Assembly (NCBI GenBank): GCA_041663145.1
Contig: JBAZRG010000003.1
Span: 1,000 to 64,999 of the forward strand
DNA length: 64,000 bases
Source: Minisyncoccota bacterium
Lineage (GTDB): Bacteria > Patescibacteriota > Minisyncoccia > Phycocordibacterales > PALSA-1337
Direction of reading: 5' to 3'
Every line of letters starts with the position of its first letter. The first letter of the stretch is position 1. The notes under the pieces were generated by a model. That model was given only the letters and a program-made list of their open reading frames with translations. It was not told where the DNA came from and ran no database searches. Positions 30,380 to 41,101 of the stretch are shown piece by piece. The position numbers and the translations under genes are program-made.

Positions 30380-31948
30380 ATGGCAAAAACAGCTAAAAAC
30401 GATAAGTCTAACTTCGCGGGAGATAATATCATCAGATTTGATGAGGTGACTTTTGATTGGGGTTCAAATAAGCGAATTCTCGATGAAGTCAGATTTACAG
30501 TGCGCAAAGGAAGTAAGATATCTCTCATGGGTCAAAATGGTGCGGGCAAAAGCACTATCTTCGGACTTATAATCGGTGACAACAAGCCGGAGTCCGGAGA
30601 AATCTTCATAACAAATGGGGTCACTGTCGCAACGGCAAAACAGGTCATTCCTCGGGATCAGATGGAGCTTACTGTTCGTGACTTCTTTTCAAATTGTTTT
30701 CTAGAAAAAATCTATGACATCGATCCTAGAATAGATACTGTCCTTGAAGTAGTAAATCTAAAGACGAGAGGGGATATAAAAGACCGACAAGTCAAATCTT
30801 TCTCGGGAGGTCAGCAGGCACGTCTTCTCTTGGCTTCAGCGCTCATCCAAGATCCAGACATATTGCTACTAGACGAACCGACAAACAATCTCGATAAGGA
30901 AGGGATCGATCATTTGACGCAGTTCCTCATAGATTACAAGAAAACTTGTCTGGTAATTTCTCATGATGCTGACTTTTTGAATTCGTTTACACACGGAGTA
31001 TTGTATCTGGATGTCTACACCAAGAAAGTTGAACAATATGTTGGTGACTATAAAGATGTGCTGGAAGAGATCGGTCGCAGGATCGAAAAAGAGAATATGG
31101 AAAATTCGAGGTTGATGAAGGAGATAGAAGCCAAAAAATATCAGGCTGGTCTCTTCGCGCAGAAAGGAGGACAGATGCGATTGGTTGCGAAACGGATGCG
31201 AGAAAAAGCCGAAGAACTCGAGGGTGACATAGTCGACGTGAGAAAAGAGGATAGAACCATAAAGGAATTTACAATTCCTTCTCAAAAAGATCTGATTGGT
31301 GAAATTATTAAAATAAATGGATACAGCATACTTAGCCCAACAAAACACAAACCTGTGAAGTTGACGTGTAATATAAGTCTAAGGAAGAATACACATTTAC
31401 TTATTTCTGGTCCGAATGGTATTGGTAAATCTACTATGCTAGAAAGTATAGTGTCGAAAGTTGATGATTTGAACATCCAGACTTTACTCAAAAAGAATCT
31501 CGAACATTTGCCACCGGTTGATGCGACTATCGCTTCCGGAGTTCGCGTCGGATATTATCGTCAAGATTTCTCGATGATGGATTTTAATGACACAGTCTAT
31601 GAATCTCTAGAGAAGATAATCCGCGCCACCGAAGGTAGACTTATCGAAACCGAACTGCGTGCGGTTGCCGCGAGTTTTCTCATTTCGGCTGATAATATCC
31701 ACACGAAGATCGCTTCACTTTCTGAAGGTCAAAAAGGGTTAGTGGCCTTTGCTCGATTGGTCCTACTCAAACCGGGATTGTTGATTCTGGATGAACCTAC
31801 GAACCATATCAATTTCCGTCACATTCCACAGATAGCAAAAGCTCTCGATAGTTACGAGGGCGCCATGATTCTCATATCACACGTCCCCGAATTCGTCTCG
31901 CAAATTCGTATAGATCAAACTATTGAGATGGGGAAGGGTAAAAATTAG
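30380..31948 (+). CDS. ABC-F family ATPase
   Basis: Two ABC domains (GQNGAGKS/FSGGQ/LDEPTN; GPNGIGKS/LSEGQ/LDEPTN); no TM segments. Confidence 0.92.
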   Translation: MAKTAKNDKSNFAGDNIIRFDEVTFDWGSNKRILDEVRFTVRKGSKISLMGQNGAGKSTIFGLIIGDNKPESGEIFITNGVTVATAKQVIPRDQMELTVRDFFSNCFLEKIYDIDPRIDTVLEVVNLKTRGDIKDRQVKSFSGGQQARLLLASALIQDPDILLLDEPTNNLDKEGIDHLTQFLIDYKKTCLVISHDADFLNSFTHGVLYLDVYTKKVEQYVGDYKDVLEEIGRRIEKENMENSRLMKEIEAKKYQAGLFAQKGGQMRLVAKRMREKAEELEGDIVDVRKEDRTIKEFTIPSQKDLIGEIIKINGYSILSPTKHKPVKLTCNISLRKNTHLLISGPNGIGKSTMLESIVSKVDDLNIQTLLKKNLEHLPPVDATIASGVRVGYYRQDFSMMDFNDTVYESLEKIIRATEGRLIETELRAVAASFLISADNIHTKIASLSEGQKGLVAFARLVLLKPGLLILDEPTNHINFRHIPQIAKALDSYEGAMILISHVPEFVSQIRIDQTIEMGKGKN

Positions 31949-32088
31949 TTTTTCCCGGCTTGCGCTCGGTGAGACTAAAGATACATGGCAGATTTGACAG
32001 AAAATTATAATGGGTATATACTCAATATAAATATAGTAGTGAAGGTCGACCTGCTAGTCATTATTAATCAAGTAATAAATAAAATTGT

Positions 32089-32328
32089 ATGCCTAAATTA
32101 GATGGAACTGGTCCCACTGGTGCTGGTCCTATGACGGGTAGGGGTCTCGGTTCTTGTCGTGGGGGAATGGGAATCGGTTGGCGTGGTCAGGGGTTGGGTC
32201 TTGGATTTGGTAGATCACTTCGATCACCAAAAAATCAGCTTCAGATTTTGGAAGAGGAAAAGCAAGTCTTGACCAATGAGTTGGAAGCAATAAACTCAGA
32301 GATCGAATCTCTCAAAGATCAGAAATAA
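32089..32328 (+). CDS. DUF5320-like small protein
   Basis: MPKLDGTGPTGAGPMTGRGLGSC plus C-terminal coiled coil. Confidence 0.8.
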   Translation: MPKLDGTGPTGAGPMTGRGLGSCRGGMGIGWRGQGLGLGFGRSLRSPKNQLQILEEEKQVLTNELEAINSEIESLKDQK

Positions 32329-32414
32329 ATGGATTTGTCTGCAACTTGACCTCTCAAGAAACATAAGGGGTCGAGTTGTTGTATAAATACGTTAAAGATT
32401 ACATAATTAATACT

Positions 32415-32702
32415 ATGCCCAGATCACAATTATGCTTTTGTAAAGAAATAAAGTTTAAACCTAATACGGTTTATTTCAAGCCGCAAGGTGTTCCGATTGT
32501 TGATTTACAAGTTGTTGAGCTTTCTCTAGAAGAGATCGAGGCGTACAGGTTGCGCCATATTGACAATCTTGAACAGAAGGAAGCAGCGATAAAGATGCAC
32601 ACTTCAACCAGTACTTATCAGAGAGTCCTCAATTCAGCTTATGAGAAAATTGCCGATGCCTTGATTAACGGCAAAGCGATTAAAATCATTAAACATATAT
32701 AA
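32415..32702 (+). CDS. DUF134-family DNA-binding protein
   Basis: YFKPQG, EEIEAYRL, Q.EAA.KM..S..T, KIADALINGKAI. Confidence 0.85.
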   Translation: MPRSQLCFCKEIKFKPNTVYFKPQGVPIVDLQVVELSLEEIEAYRLRHIDNLEQKEAAIKMHTSTSTYQRVLNSAYEKIADALINGKAIKIIKHI

Positions 32703-32719
32703 AATAATCAATCACTAAT

Positions 32720-32989
32720 ATGAAAGTACTAAAATTTGGAGCGGTGTGGTGTGCAGGTTGTCTTGTTATGAAGCCTAGATGGAAAGAAATTGAGGAAGAG
32801 AATCCGTGGCTAAAGACCGAGTATCATGATTTTGACCAGGATAAAGATGCTGTTCAAAAATATAACATCAATGAGACTTTGCCGACTTTTGTTTTTCTTG
32901 ATAAGGACGAAAAAGAGATATTGCGTTTGAGTGGAGAGGTTGATAAAGCCGAGTTGTTAAAGATAATCGAGCAAAATAAAGATAAATAA
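32720..32989 (+). CDS. Thioredoxin-family protein
   Basis: WCAGC, LPTFVF. Confidence 0.85.
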   Translation: MKVLKFGAVWCAGCLVMKPRWKEIEEENPWLKTEYHDFDQDKDAVQKYNINETLPTFVFLDKDEKEILRLSGEVDKAELLKIIEQNKDK

Positions 32990-32994
32990 TTGTC

Positions 32995-34209
32995 ATGAAG
33001 AAAATTTTCATACCAATATTTGTTTTGTTATTTATATATATTTTCTCAGCTCAATCTGTATGTGCTGATATAAATACAGTTAATGCTTACTTATTTTATG
33101 GAGATGGCTGTCCTCATTGTGCTAAGGAAAGACAATTTTTGTCAGATGAACTGATAAAAAAGTATTCTGATCTAAAAATATATGAGTATGAGGTTTACTA
33201 TAGTAGCAAGAATGTTTCTTTATTCGAAAAAGTTGCAAATGAATTGAAATCTGAAGCAAGTGGGGTGCCGTTTCTCGTTATAGGTGATCAATATTTTGTG
33301 GGTTATTCGGATAGTATTAGCCCGATCGAAATAGAACAACGTGTCGAAGAATGTTCCGTTCAATATTGTCCAGATTCAGTCGCCTCGATTGTGGGAGTTA
33401 ATTTCACCCCCAATACAAGTGTGAGTGACAGTGGTGCTCAAGATAAACCTGAAAAAGGAGAGAAAATCATTGATTTGCCTTTTATTGGTAAGATAAATGC
33501 AATCAAGTATTCTTTGCCAGCATTAACATTCGTAATGGGTTTATTGGATGGATTCAACCCGTGTGCTATGTGGACTCTGTTATTTTTGATAAGTCTACTT
33601 TTAGGTATGAAAGACAGGAAGAGAATGTGGATACTCGGTGCAACCTTCATTGTTGCTTCAGCTTCTGTATATTTTATATTTATGGCCGCTTGGCTGAACC
33701 TAATATTGTTCTTAGGTTTTGTGATCTGGATCCGAATACTGATCGGAATTCTAGCTCTTATTGGCGGTGGGTATAGTCTGAAAGAGTTTATTTTTAATAA
33801 AGATAGTGGATGTAAGGTGACAGGGAATGAAGACAGACAAAAAGTCTTTGAAAGATTGAAATCGGCAGTACAGCAGAATAGTTTGTGGCTAGCTCTCGGT
33901 GGAATTATTATCTTGGCGTTTGCAGTAAACTTGGTCGAGCTTATATGCTCAGCCGGGCTACCTGCAGTCTATACACAAGTCCTGGCTTTGAACGGATTGT
34001 CCAGTTGGCAATATTACTTCTATATATTGTTGTACGTTTTCTTCTTTATGCTTGATGATCTATTCGTGTTTTTCGTGGCTATGTATACACTAGAGATGAC
34101 GGGTATAACAACAAAATACGCACGAGTTTCGCGCTTGGTTGGAGGGATAATAATGCTCGCTATTGGCATCATGCTTATCTTTAAGCCCGAATGGTTGATG
34201 TTTGGGTAG
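32995..34209 (+). CDS. Exported glutaredoxin-like domain fused to DsbD/CcdA-like membrane domain
   Basis: GCPHC, GVPFLVIG; DGFNPCAM and VELICSAGLP in TM region. Confidence 0.75.
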   Translation: MKKIFIPIFVLLFIYIFSAQSVCADINTVNAYLFYGDGCPHCAKERQFLSDELIKKYSDLKIYEYEVYYSSKNVSLFEKVANELKSEASGVPFLVIGDQYFVGYSDSISPIEIEQRVEECSVQYCPDSVASIVGVNFTPNTSVSDSGAQDKPEKGEKIIDLPFIGKINAIKYSLPALTFVMGLLDGFNPCAMWTLLFLISLLLGMKDRKRMWILGATFIVASASVYFIFMAAWLNLILFLGFVIWIRILIGILALIGGGYSLKEFIFNKDSGCKVTGNEDRQKVFERLKSAVQQNSLWLALGGIIILAFAVNLVELICSAGLPAVYTQVLALNGLSSWQYYFYILLYVFFFMLDDLFVFFVAMYTLEMTGITTKYARVSRLVGGIIMLAIGIMLIFKPEWLMFG

Positions 34210-34320
34210 AGCGCCTATATTGATAACGGTACAGATTTCTTTATGAGCTGAGCATATAGTTTTAGAGAAATAGATTTGGCCGTTGTTGACAGGCATTCGT
34301 CCTTAGTATATCATTCAAAT

Positions 34321-34593
34321 ATGCGTTTGAATGAACTGGCAAAACTTATGCGTACGGCTGGAGATGAAAGCAGGCTGAAAATCCTGTGTATTATCTTTGG
34401 TAAGAAAAAAGTATGCGTATCAGATATAGCAGAAGAATTGAATATGAGCGTGGCTATCATATCTCATCATCTTCAGGTTATGTCGAAAGAGGGATTGGTC
34501 GTACCTGTGCGTGAAGGTAAAAGGATCTGTTACGAGCTTCCAAAAGATAAGTTTGTAATGGATCTAAAGAAATTCGTTTGTAAGTATAAATAA
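34321..34593 (+). CDS. ArsR/SmtB-family regulator
   Basis: GDESRLKIL, CVSDIA, ISHHL, REGK..CY. Confidence 0.88.
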   Translation: MRLNELAKLMRTAGDESRLKILCIIFGKKKVCVSDIAEELNMSVAIISHHLQVMSKEGLVVPVREGKRICYELPKDKFVMDLKKFVCKYK

Positions 34594-34632
34594 TTTATCA
34601 GTTAATAAATAAGTATTAAATAATATAAAAAT

Positions 34633-34875
34633 ATGAATACAAAAAATCACAAGGTTATCGTTTACTCAACACCAACTTGTCCCTACTGTGTCTATGCAAA
34701 AGAATATTTTAAGGAAAACAATGTTGCATTTGAAGATATTGATGTTACAAAAGATAGAGCCAAAGCTCAAGAAATGGTTACAAAAAGTGGCCAAATGGGT
34801 GTGCCTGTTATAGATATTGATGGGAACATTTTAGTTGGTTTCCAACCAGAAGCCTTCGAACAACTTTTGAAATAG
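34633..34875 (+). CDS. Glutaredoxin-like (NrdH/YruB-type) protein
   Basis: YSTPTCPYC, SGQMGVPVI, GF. Confidence 0.9.
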   Translation: MNTKNHKVIVYSTPTCPYCVYAKEYFKENNVAFEDIDVTKDRAKAQEMVTKSGQMGVPVIDIDGNILVGFQPEAFEQLLK

Positions 34876-34974
34876 ACGAGGAAAGAAAAAAGACTTTCGT
34901 ATTGTATTAGAAGTGAAAGGCTGAAAGAGACATCAAATCAATCTTTCTTTTATTAATCTTTAATCAAAAACAAT

Positions 34975-35367
34975 ATGAAAAAGACAACATTGGGACTTGG
35001 GGCGTTAGCGCTTGTATTAGGAATTACAGCAATTACTGCCGGATCTGCTCTTGCATACAAAGGAGACCCTGCCGTAAAAGGTCCGAATTATTCAACAGAA
35101 CGCCATACAGCAATGTTAAAGGCATTTGAGAATAAGGACTACACTGCATGGAAAAACCTTATGCAAAATCGAGGTATGGCGACAAAAGTCATTACTGAAG
35201 CAAATTTCGCAAAATTTGTAGAAGCACATAATCTCGCATTGCAGGGTAAAACAGCTGAAGCACAAAAGATTCGCCAAGAACTTGGACTAGGCTTACAAAA
35301 TGGTTCTGGTAGAAGTGGTGGCGGTATGATGAACGGTATGGGAATGGGTAGAAATTTCAATCGTTAA
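34975..35367 (+). CDS. Secreted small helical protein
   Basis: Signal peptide ending ALA; G/M-rich tail; terminator-like hairpin 35386-35413. Confidence 0.7.
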   Translation: MKKTTLGLGALALVLGITAITAGSALAYKGDPAVKGPNYSTERHTAMLKAFENKDYTAWKNLMQNRGMATKVITEANFAKFVEAHNLALQGKTAEAQKIRQELGLGLQNGSGRSGGGMMNGMGMGRNFNR

Positions 35368-35447
35368 GAAAATATAGGCTGAATATCAAACTCCGGCATT
35401 TGTCGGAGTTTGATGTATAAGCTTGGTATATAGGATAAGATACATGT

Positions 35448-35990
35448 ATGAGCGAAACTCTAAAATTAACCGATGAAGAAATAGTAGAAAAAGTTCGCTC
35501 AAACGATCGAGATCTTTATGCTGTCTTAATTGAGAGATATAAAAACAGGCTTTTAAGATATGCGACAAATCTGATTCATGACGAAGATAGAGCTAGTCAC
35601 ATCGTGCAAGATTCACTGGTAAAAGCATATATAAACCTCAATGGTTTTAATACAAATAAGAAATTTTCAAGTTGGATATATCGTATCGTGCACAATGAAG
35701 CGATGAATGTGGTGAAGAAATATCAAAAAGAAGTGCCAATACTAGATGACTTTGATTTTGAAAGCAATGAAGATATCACTAAAGATTTTGAACAGAAAGA
35801 GACAGTCGCGCATGTAGAAAAATGTTTAAATTCAATACCGCTTATATATTCTGAACCTCTTAGCTTGTATTATTTAGATGAAAAGTCCTATGAAGAGATA
35901 AGCGATATTTTGAGGATACCCATGGGCACCGTAGCTATACGTATGAGTCGAGCAAAGAAATTAATGAAAAATATATGTCAAAAGAATTAA
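35448..35990 (+). CDS. ECF sigma-70 factor
   Basis: DEEIV, FSSWIYRIVHN, SYEEISDIL.IPMGTV..R..RAK. Confidence 0.92.
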   Translation: MSETLKLTDEEIVEKVRSNDRDLYAVLIERYKNRLLRYATNLIHDEDRASHIVQDSLVKAYINLNGFNTNKKFSSWIYRIVHNEAMNVVKKYQKEVPILDDFDFESNEDITKDFEQKETVAHVEKCLNSIPLIYSEPLSLYYLDEKSYEEISDILRIPMGTVAIRMSRAKKLMKNICQKN

Positions 35991-36433
35991 AAAACATAAC
36001 TGAAAATATCATGGATCAAATCCATGAGGATAAGATAAAAATGAGGCCAAAGATATATTTTATCGCTGGGTCAATACTAACATTTGTAGGGCTTGTTTCG
36101 TCTGTTGTCATCTCAGTTTTCTTGGTAGGACTCATAAGATTTTCATTACGGTCTCATGGTCCAATGGGAAGTTATAGATTTGAAGAAATACTTTCTGATT
36201 TTCCCTTATGGGCGCCAGTACTCGCTATTGTCGGATTGATAGTCGGTATTTGGCTACTTCGTAAATATGATTTTTCTTTCAAAATAAATTTTAAATTGGT
36301 TATTATAGGATTTATTCTGGCTATTATTGTCGGTGGTTTGGTTATCGATAGTATCGGATTGAACGATGTTCTTATACGTCGTGGTCCAATGCGGGGCATA
36401 ATGCGACAGTATTTGCAGAATAATAATCTCTGA
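35975..36433 (+). CDS. Membrane protein, putative anti-sigma factor
   Basis: Overlaps the sigma gene end; three TM helices. Confidence 0.55.
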   Translation: MSKELKNITENIMDQIHEDKIKMRPKIYFIAGSILTFVGLVSSVVISVFLVGLIRFSLRSHGPMGSYRFEEILSDFPLWAPVLAIVGLIVGIWLLRKYDFSFKINFKLVIIGFILAIIVGGLVIDSIGLNDVLIRRGPMRGIMRQYLQNNNL

Positions 36434-36481
36434 TATTAGGGTATAATATAACTCATAGTTATATTGTAATCGACGATATTT

Positions 36482-38050
36482 ATGTTACCGAATATACATT
36501 TAGTGCTTCATAATATTGGAGCTATTCTCTCTATCATAACCGGTATTTGGATTGTGGTTTTTCTTCTCATTAACAATCCTCGAAAGACGGTCAACATTGC
36601 TCTCGCGCTTACGAACTTATCGGTAATTGTGTTTATCGTTTCTCATGTTATCGGCACAAATACTGTCGATCCGCATTTATCAAAGATGATACTAATGGCT
36701 AATATCAGCATCATCTTTGTGGTTATTTTTACCATGCATACGACTCTCGCCGTTCTCAATATAGACAAACAACGTCGCGCTCTTTTGGGTAGCGTATACA
36801 TAATAGGTATTGCGCTGGCCGTTTTTTATCTGATTTATCCCGATACATTTTTGCTCGATTCGATTCCTAAGATGTATTTTCCCAATTACTACAATCCAGG
36901 CGAATTGCATTGGATCATGCGGGTCATATTCGACATCGCCATCCCCATCCTTCTTTTGTATGAACTTCTGGCGGTCTACAGAAATTCAAGTAATATGATC
37001 GAGAAGAATCGTATCAAATATTGGACAGCCACTGTCATATTTGGTTATATTGTGGGATCAATACCTATACTTCTCGTATATGATATTCCTATAAATCCGG
37101 CATGGGGTATTTGGTTTGTTCCTTTTTATTCGATACCACTCGTGTATGGTGCGGTTACTTATTCGATGGTGGATGTTAGGATCATTGCCAAAAAAGCATT
37201 TCTGTACGGTCTTGCCGTCGTTGTAATAGGAGGTTTTATTACGCTTATAAATATAGTTAACGATGTTATACAAAGTGTCTATCCTGAATTTCCATTTTGG
37301 ATAGCACCGTTTACATCCGCTATTATTCTAGTCGGCTTTGGTATCTTGGTCTGGAAAAAGTTGCGTGAGAGCGATATTTTGAAATACGAATTCATCACTA
37401 CGGTTACTCACAAATTTCGCACGCCCCTCACTCATATAAAATGGGCGGCCGAAAATCTAAATAATATGTCTATTCCAGAAGAGGGTAAAGAACAGCTCAA
37501 ATATATAGAGAGTTCGAATACTAAATTGGTGGAACTCACTAACGTACTCGTAAATGTGGCTGATGCCGAATCTACGGCATATCAATATCATTTTGCCAAG
37601 ACTGATATTTCAGTTTTGACGCAGGAAGTCTTGGACGCGACAGAATCGCGATCTTTGACGAAAACAATATCTTGGGAAAAAGATCTGACACCCCGAATAT
37701 ACGTCAATTGCGATGAACGTATAAAATTTGTAGTACAGACCTTATTGGAGAATGCGATACAGTATACGCCCGAAAAAGGAAAAATATCGATATCTGTCAA
37801 ACAGGTTTCTGATAATATGGTGTTTCGAGTGAGTGATACGGGTATAGGGGTGAGTAGGGAAGAATTGCCTCTTATCTTTTCTAAATTCTATAGAACCAAA
37901 AAAGCCAAAGAAGCGGATACTGAGGGGATGGGAGTCGGTCTGTATATTTCAAAGAGTATTGTTCTGCGCCATCATGGTAAGATTTGGGTCGAATCTGAAG
38001 GCGTGGATAGCGGTAGCACATTTGTGTTTACGTTACCCATTGGTAAATGA
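36482..38050 (+). CDS. Membrane sensor histidine kinase
   Basis: Multi-TM N-terminus; THKFRTPL, NAIQY, DTGIG, GMGVGL; no response regulator in window. Confidence 0.9.
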   Translation: MLPNIHLVLHNIGAILSIITGIWIVVFLLINNPRKTVNIALALTNLSVIVFIVSHVIGTNTVDPHLSKMILMANISIIFVVIFTMHTTLAVLNIDKQRRALLGSVYIIGIALAVFYLIYPDTFLLDSIPKMYFPNYYNPGELHWIMRVIFDIAIPILLLYELLAVYRNSSNMIEKNRIKYWTATVIFGYIVGSIPILLVYDIPINPAWGIWFVPFYSIPLVYGAVTYSMVDVRIIAKKAFLYGLAVVVIGGFITLINIVNDVIQSVYPEFPFWIAPFTSAIILVGFGILVWKKLRESDILKYEFITTVTHKFRTPLTHIKWAAENLNNMSIPEEGKEQLKYIESSNTKLVELTNVLVNVADAESTAYQYHFAKTDISVLTQEVLDATESRSLTKTISWEKDLTPRIYVNCDERIKFVVQTLLENAIQYTPEKGKISISVKQVSDNMVFRVSDTGIGVSREELPLIFSKFYRTKKAKEADTEGMGVGLYISKSIVLRHHGKIWVESEGVDSGSTFVFTLPIGK

Positions 38051-38069
38051 TTAAATAACATTAAAAACC

Positions 38070-38912
38070 ATGACTAAATTTAAAAAGACAGTTCTCGTTT
38101 CTGTTGTTGGTATGTCACTTTGCGCGATCGCCGGTATTGCATATGCGACTGTCGGTGGACCGACTCTTGTATACGATATGAAGTACGATACAAAGACGAA
38201 TTCAATTTATTTTACAGAACAAGATTTTGGTGGAAAGGGATGTCCACCAGAACTAAAGGCAATATCAGTCAAAGATAATGTTGGCAGAGTTGTGCTGTCT
38301 TGTGATGATGGTTTGGCAAAAGATCATAGTAAGGAATTGATCGCTATGACTGAGAATTTTGCACCGCTTATACCAGTAAGTTTAAAGAAGAATGGCATAA
38401 CCGCTTCTATCGAGGCTGTTGGTGTTGAGAAAATCGAGGAGGACTGGATAATAAAGACGAATTTTATTGCTCATATTTTCCAAGATAATAAGAATGTAGC
38501 CAACATTCCTATTTCCGGTTGCAATCTCGAGCAACCCTTTATCATCGATGGATATCGTATACCAGGACAAATGGATAAGATGGTTTTGTTGGTTTCAACA
38601 AAAGGTGACTGTTTCGAAGGTGGATATATCAGGGAGTCATTGAATGTGATCTCTGGAGTAAAACAGATCGAAGACTCGTATACAAATACATACAAGACAA
38701 ATTCACCTTTGGTACCAAACGATGGAAGTCTGATCATTTATGCAAAAGCATCTTCTGGCGATGTGTCTCCGAGTCCTACAGATAATGATCAAGAGCTGAT
38801 TGGTTCAAATAATAATAAATATTCGAGTACAGTTTTGGTTATTTGTGCTCTCATAGCTCTCATTTTAGGTGTACTCATCGGTAGATCGATGAAAGTCCGA
38901 ACTAGTCAATAG
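38070..38912 (+). CDS. Hypothetical exported protein with C-terminal TM anchor
   Basis: Signal peptide and C-terminal hydrophobic helix. Confidence 0.7.
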   Translation: MTKFKKTVLVSVVGMSLCAIAGIAYATVGGPTLVYDMKYDTKTNSIYFTEQDFGGKGCPPELKAISVKDNVGRVVLSCDDGLAKDHSKELIAMTENFAPLIPVSLKKNGITASIEAVGVEKIEEDWIIKTNFIAHIFQDNKNVANIPISGCNLEQPFIIDGYRIPGQMDKMVLLVSTKGDCFEGGYIRESLNVISGVKQIEDSYTNTYKTNSPLVPNDGSLIIYAKASSGDVSPSPTDNDQELIGSNNNKYSSTVLVICALIALILGVLIGRSMKVRTSQ

Positions 38913-38939
38913 TTTAGTTGTCTGTGCTATAGTGCCATA

Positions 38940-40997
38940 ATGAAAATAAAGAATACCCGATTTACCGCCAAGAAAGGCGGGCAAAAGACTATAAACGGCA
39001 TCATATCTACTACCGCTAAAGGTGCTGGATATATAGACATAAACGGCATACGAGGAAATTCTATATATATAGAATCGGGTCTTTTGAATACCGCTTTGGA
39101 TGGGGATAGTGTAGAAGTTGAAACAGTAGAGAAGCGCGTAAATGGTAAAACTGAAATTCAAGGAAAAGTCATCAAAGTATTGAAACGTTCCAGAGAGGAG
39201 TTTGTCGGTAATGTTGAAATTAAGGATGGAAAAGTATCCATAGTACCCGATGATCGCAAGATGTATATGAACGTTTCTATTTCGAGTGAAGATTCTAAAA
39301 ATGTTAAAAATGATGACAAAGTTTTCATAAGATTACTTGAATGGACAGATCCACGAAAAAATCCGGAAGGTCGCATCATTCGTGTACTAGGTCAAAAGGG
39401 AAACAATAATGTCGAAATGGAATCGATAGTATTGGAGAAGGGTTTTGCTATGGAGTTTCCTCCTAATGTTGAAGCTGAAGCCGGGGAGATCGGCAAAAAT
39501 AAAGTCATTGTGTCGGAGGAGATCGCTAAGCGCCGTGATATGCGAGATACTTTGACTTTTACTATTGACCCCTTTGATGCAAAGGACTTTGATGATGCAA
39601 TCTCTTTTCGTGCATTGGATCAAGTAGAAATAGATAAACTCGAGCATAAAGGACCTCTGTATGAGATCGGTGTACATATTGCCGACGTCTCTCACTATGT
39701 TCGAGAGGGTACATCTCTCGATAAGGAGGCTATTAAACGCGGTTGTTCTATATATCTAGTCGATCGGACGATACCGATGTTGCCCGAAACTTTGTCAAAT
39801 GATGTGTGCAGTTTGAATCCTCGTGAAGACAAGCTTACATTTTCAGCCATCTTTATTTTGGATGCTAAAGCTCGTATCATTTCGCGTTGGTTTGGAAAGA
39901 CGATAATAAATTCGACTCATCGATTTACCTATGAGACTGCACAGGCTGTGATAGATGGAAAGCCGGCTAACATCGAAAAATACTCGAACGGTATTCAGAG
40001 TGTAGCTTCCGCAGAAGCGGGAATGGAATATCAAAAAGAACTTGTGATATTGGATCGTCTGGCTCAGGTTTTGAAGAAAGATAAATTTTCGAGAGGTGCC
40101 ATAGAGTTTGAACAAGAAGAAATAAAGTTTCGTCTGGACGGATCCGGTAAACCGATCGGCGTCTATAAATACGAGCGTCTGGATACGCACAAACTCGTCG
40201 AAGAATATATGTTGCTGGCAAATCGTGAGGTTGCGAAATTTATTTTTGATTCCATAAAAAGAAAGGGAAAGAGAGACACTGGCGCTATATATCGCATACA
40301 CGATGTGCCGGATAAAGATAAGATCCAAAATTTGGCTAGCTTTGTCAAAGCTCTGGGGTACACGCTCAAGGTAAATAAAGATGGAACTGTGACCGCTTCT
40401 GATCTCAACAATCTCTTGGATCAGATCGAAGATACTCCACACGAATCATTGATCAGGACGGCGACCATTCGTTCTATGCAAAAAGCTGTTTATTCGACAA
40501 AAAATATCGGTCACTTTGGTCTGGCATTTCATTTTTACACTCACTTCACTTCGCCTATCCGTCGTTATCCAGATCTACTAGTTCATCGTGTTCTGGCTAA
40601 ACATCTGAACAATGAAGCTTTTGGTGATCGTGATATAGTCGTGTTTCAGAATATTGCCGAGAGTTCCACGAATAGGGAGATCGACGCTTCTGAAGCGGAA
40701 CGTGCTTCGAAAAAATTGAAACAAGTCGAGTATATGAGCACTCGAATCGGACAAGAATTCGAAGGTTCTATAACCGGTGTGACAAAATGGGGAATATATA
40801 TCGCTGAAGTCATTTCTGGATCTGAAGGATTGGTTCATGTCACAAATCTCGGAGATGAATACTTCAATTTTGAAGAAAAAAAATATGCCATGGTTGGCGA
40901 GAAAACTGGTAAGAAATATGTATTGGGAGATAAGGTTAGATTTAGGGTTAAAGGCGCGGATCTGGACAGGCGAGTATTGGATTATGAGCTTGTTTAG
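38940..40997 (+). CDS. rnr: Ribonuclease R
   Basis: TIDPFDAKDFDDA, HIADVS, HFTSPIRRYPD, C-terminal S1 domain. Confidence 0.95.
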   Translation: MKIKNTRFTAKKGGQKTINGIISTTAKGAGYIDINGIRGNSIYIESGLLNTALDGDSVEVETVEKRVNGKTEIQGKVIKVLKRSREEFVGNVEIKDGKVSIVPDDRKMYMNVSISSEDSKNVKNDDKVFIRLLEWTDPRKNPEGRIIRVLGQKGNNNVEMESIVLEKGFAMEFPPNVEAEAGEIGKNKVIVSEEIAKRRDMRDTLTFTIDPFDAKDFDDAISFRALDQVEIDKLEHKGPLYEIGVHIADVSHYVREGTSLDKEAIKRGCSIYLVDRTIPMLPETLSNDVCSLNPREDKLTFSAIFILDAKARIISRWFGKTIINSTHRFTYETAQAVIDGKPANIEKYSNGIQSVASAEAGMEYQKELVILDRLAQVLKKDKFSRGAIEFEQEEIKFRLDGSGKPIGVYKYERLDTHKLVEEYMLLANREVAKFIFDSIKRKGKRDTGAIYRIHDVPDKDKIQNLASFVKALGYTLKVNKDGTVTASDLNNLLDQIEDTPHESLIRTATIRSMQKAVYSTKNIGHFGLAFHFYTHFTSPIRRYPDLLVHRVLAKHLNNEAFGDRDIVVFQNIAESSTNREIDASEAERASKKLKQVEYMSTRIGQEFEGSITGVTKWGIYIAEVISGSEGLVHVTNLGDEYFNFEEKKYAMVGEKTGKKYVLGDKVRFRVKGADLDRRVLDYELV

Positions 40998-41018
40998 TTG
41001 GATTACGCTTCATAGAGT

Positions 41019-41057
41019 AACCGCACACACCCTTATTTGTCTTCCTCGAACTCTGCT
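41019..41057. repeat. 39-bp dispersed intergenic repeat, copy A (copy B 44605-44643)
   Basis: 34/39 identical; last 18 bp TCTTCCTCGAACTCTGCT identical. Confidence 0.8.
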
Positions 41058-41101
41058 TACAAATATACCAATACATTTTCTGCTATAATTGGAGCACTCT
41101 T

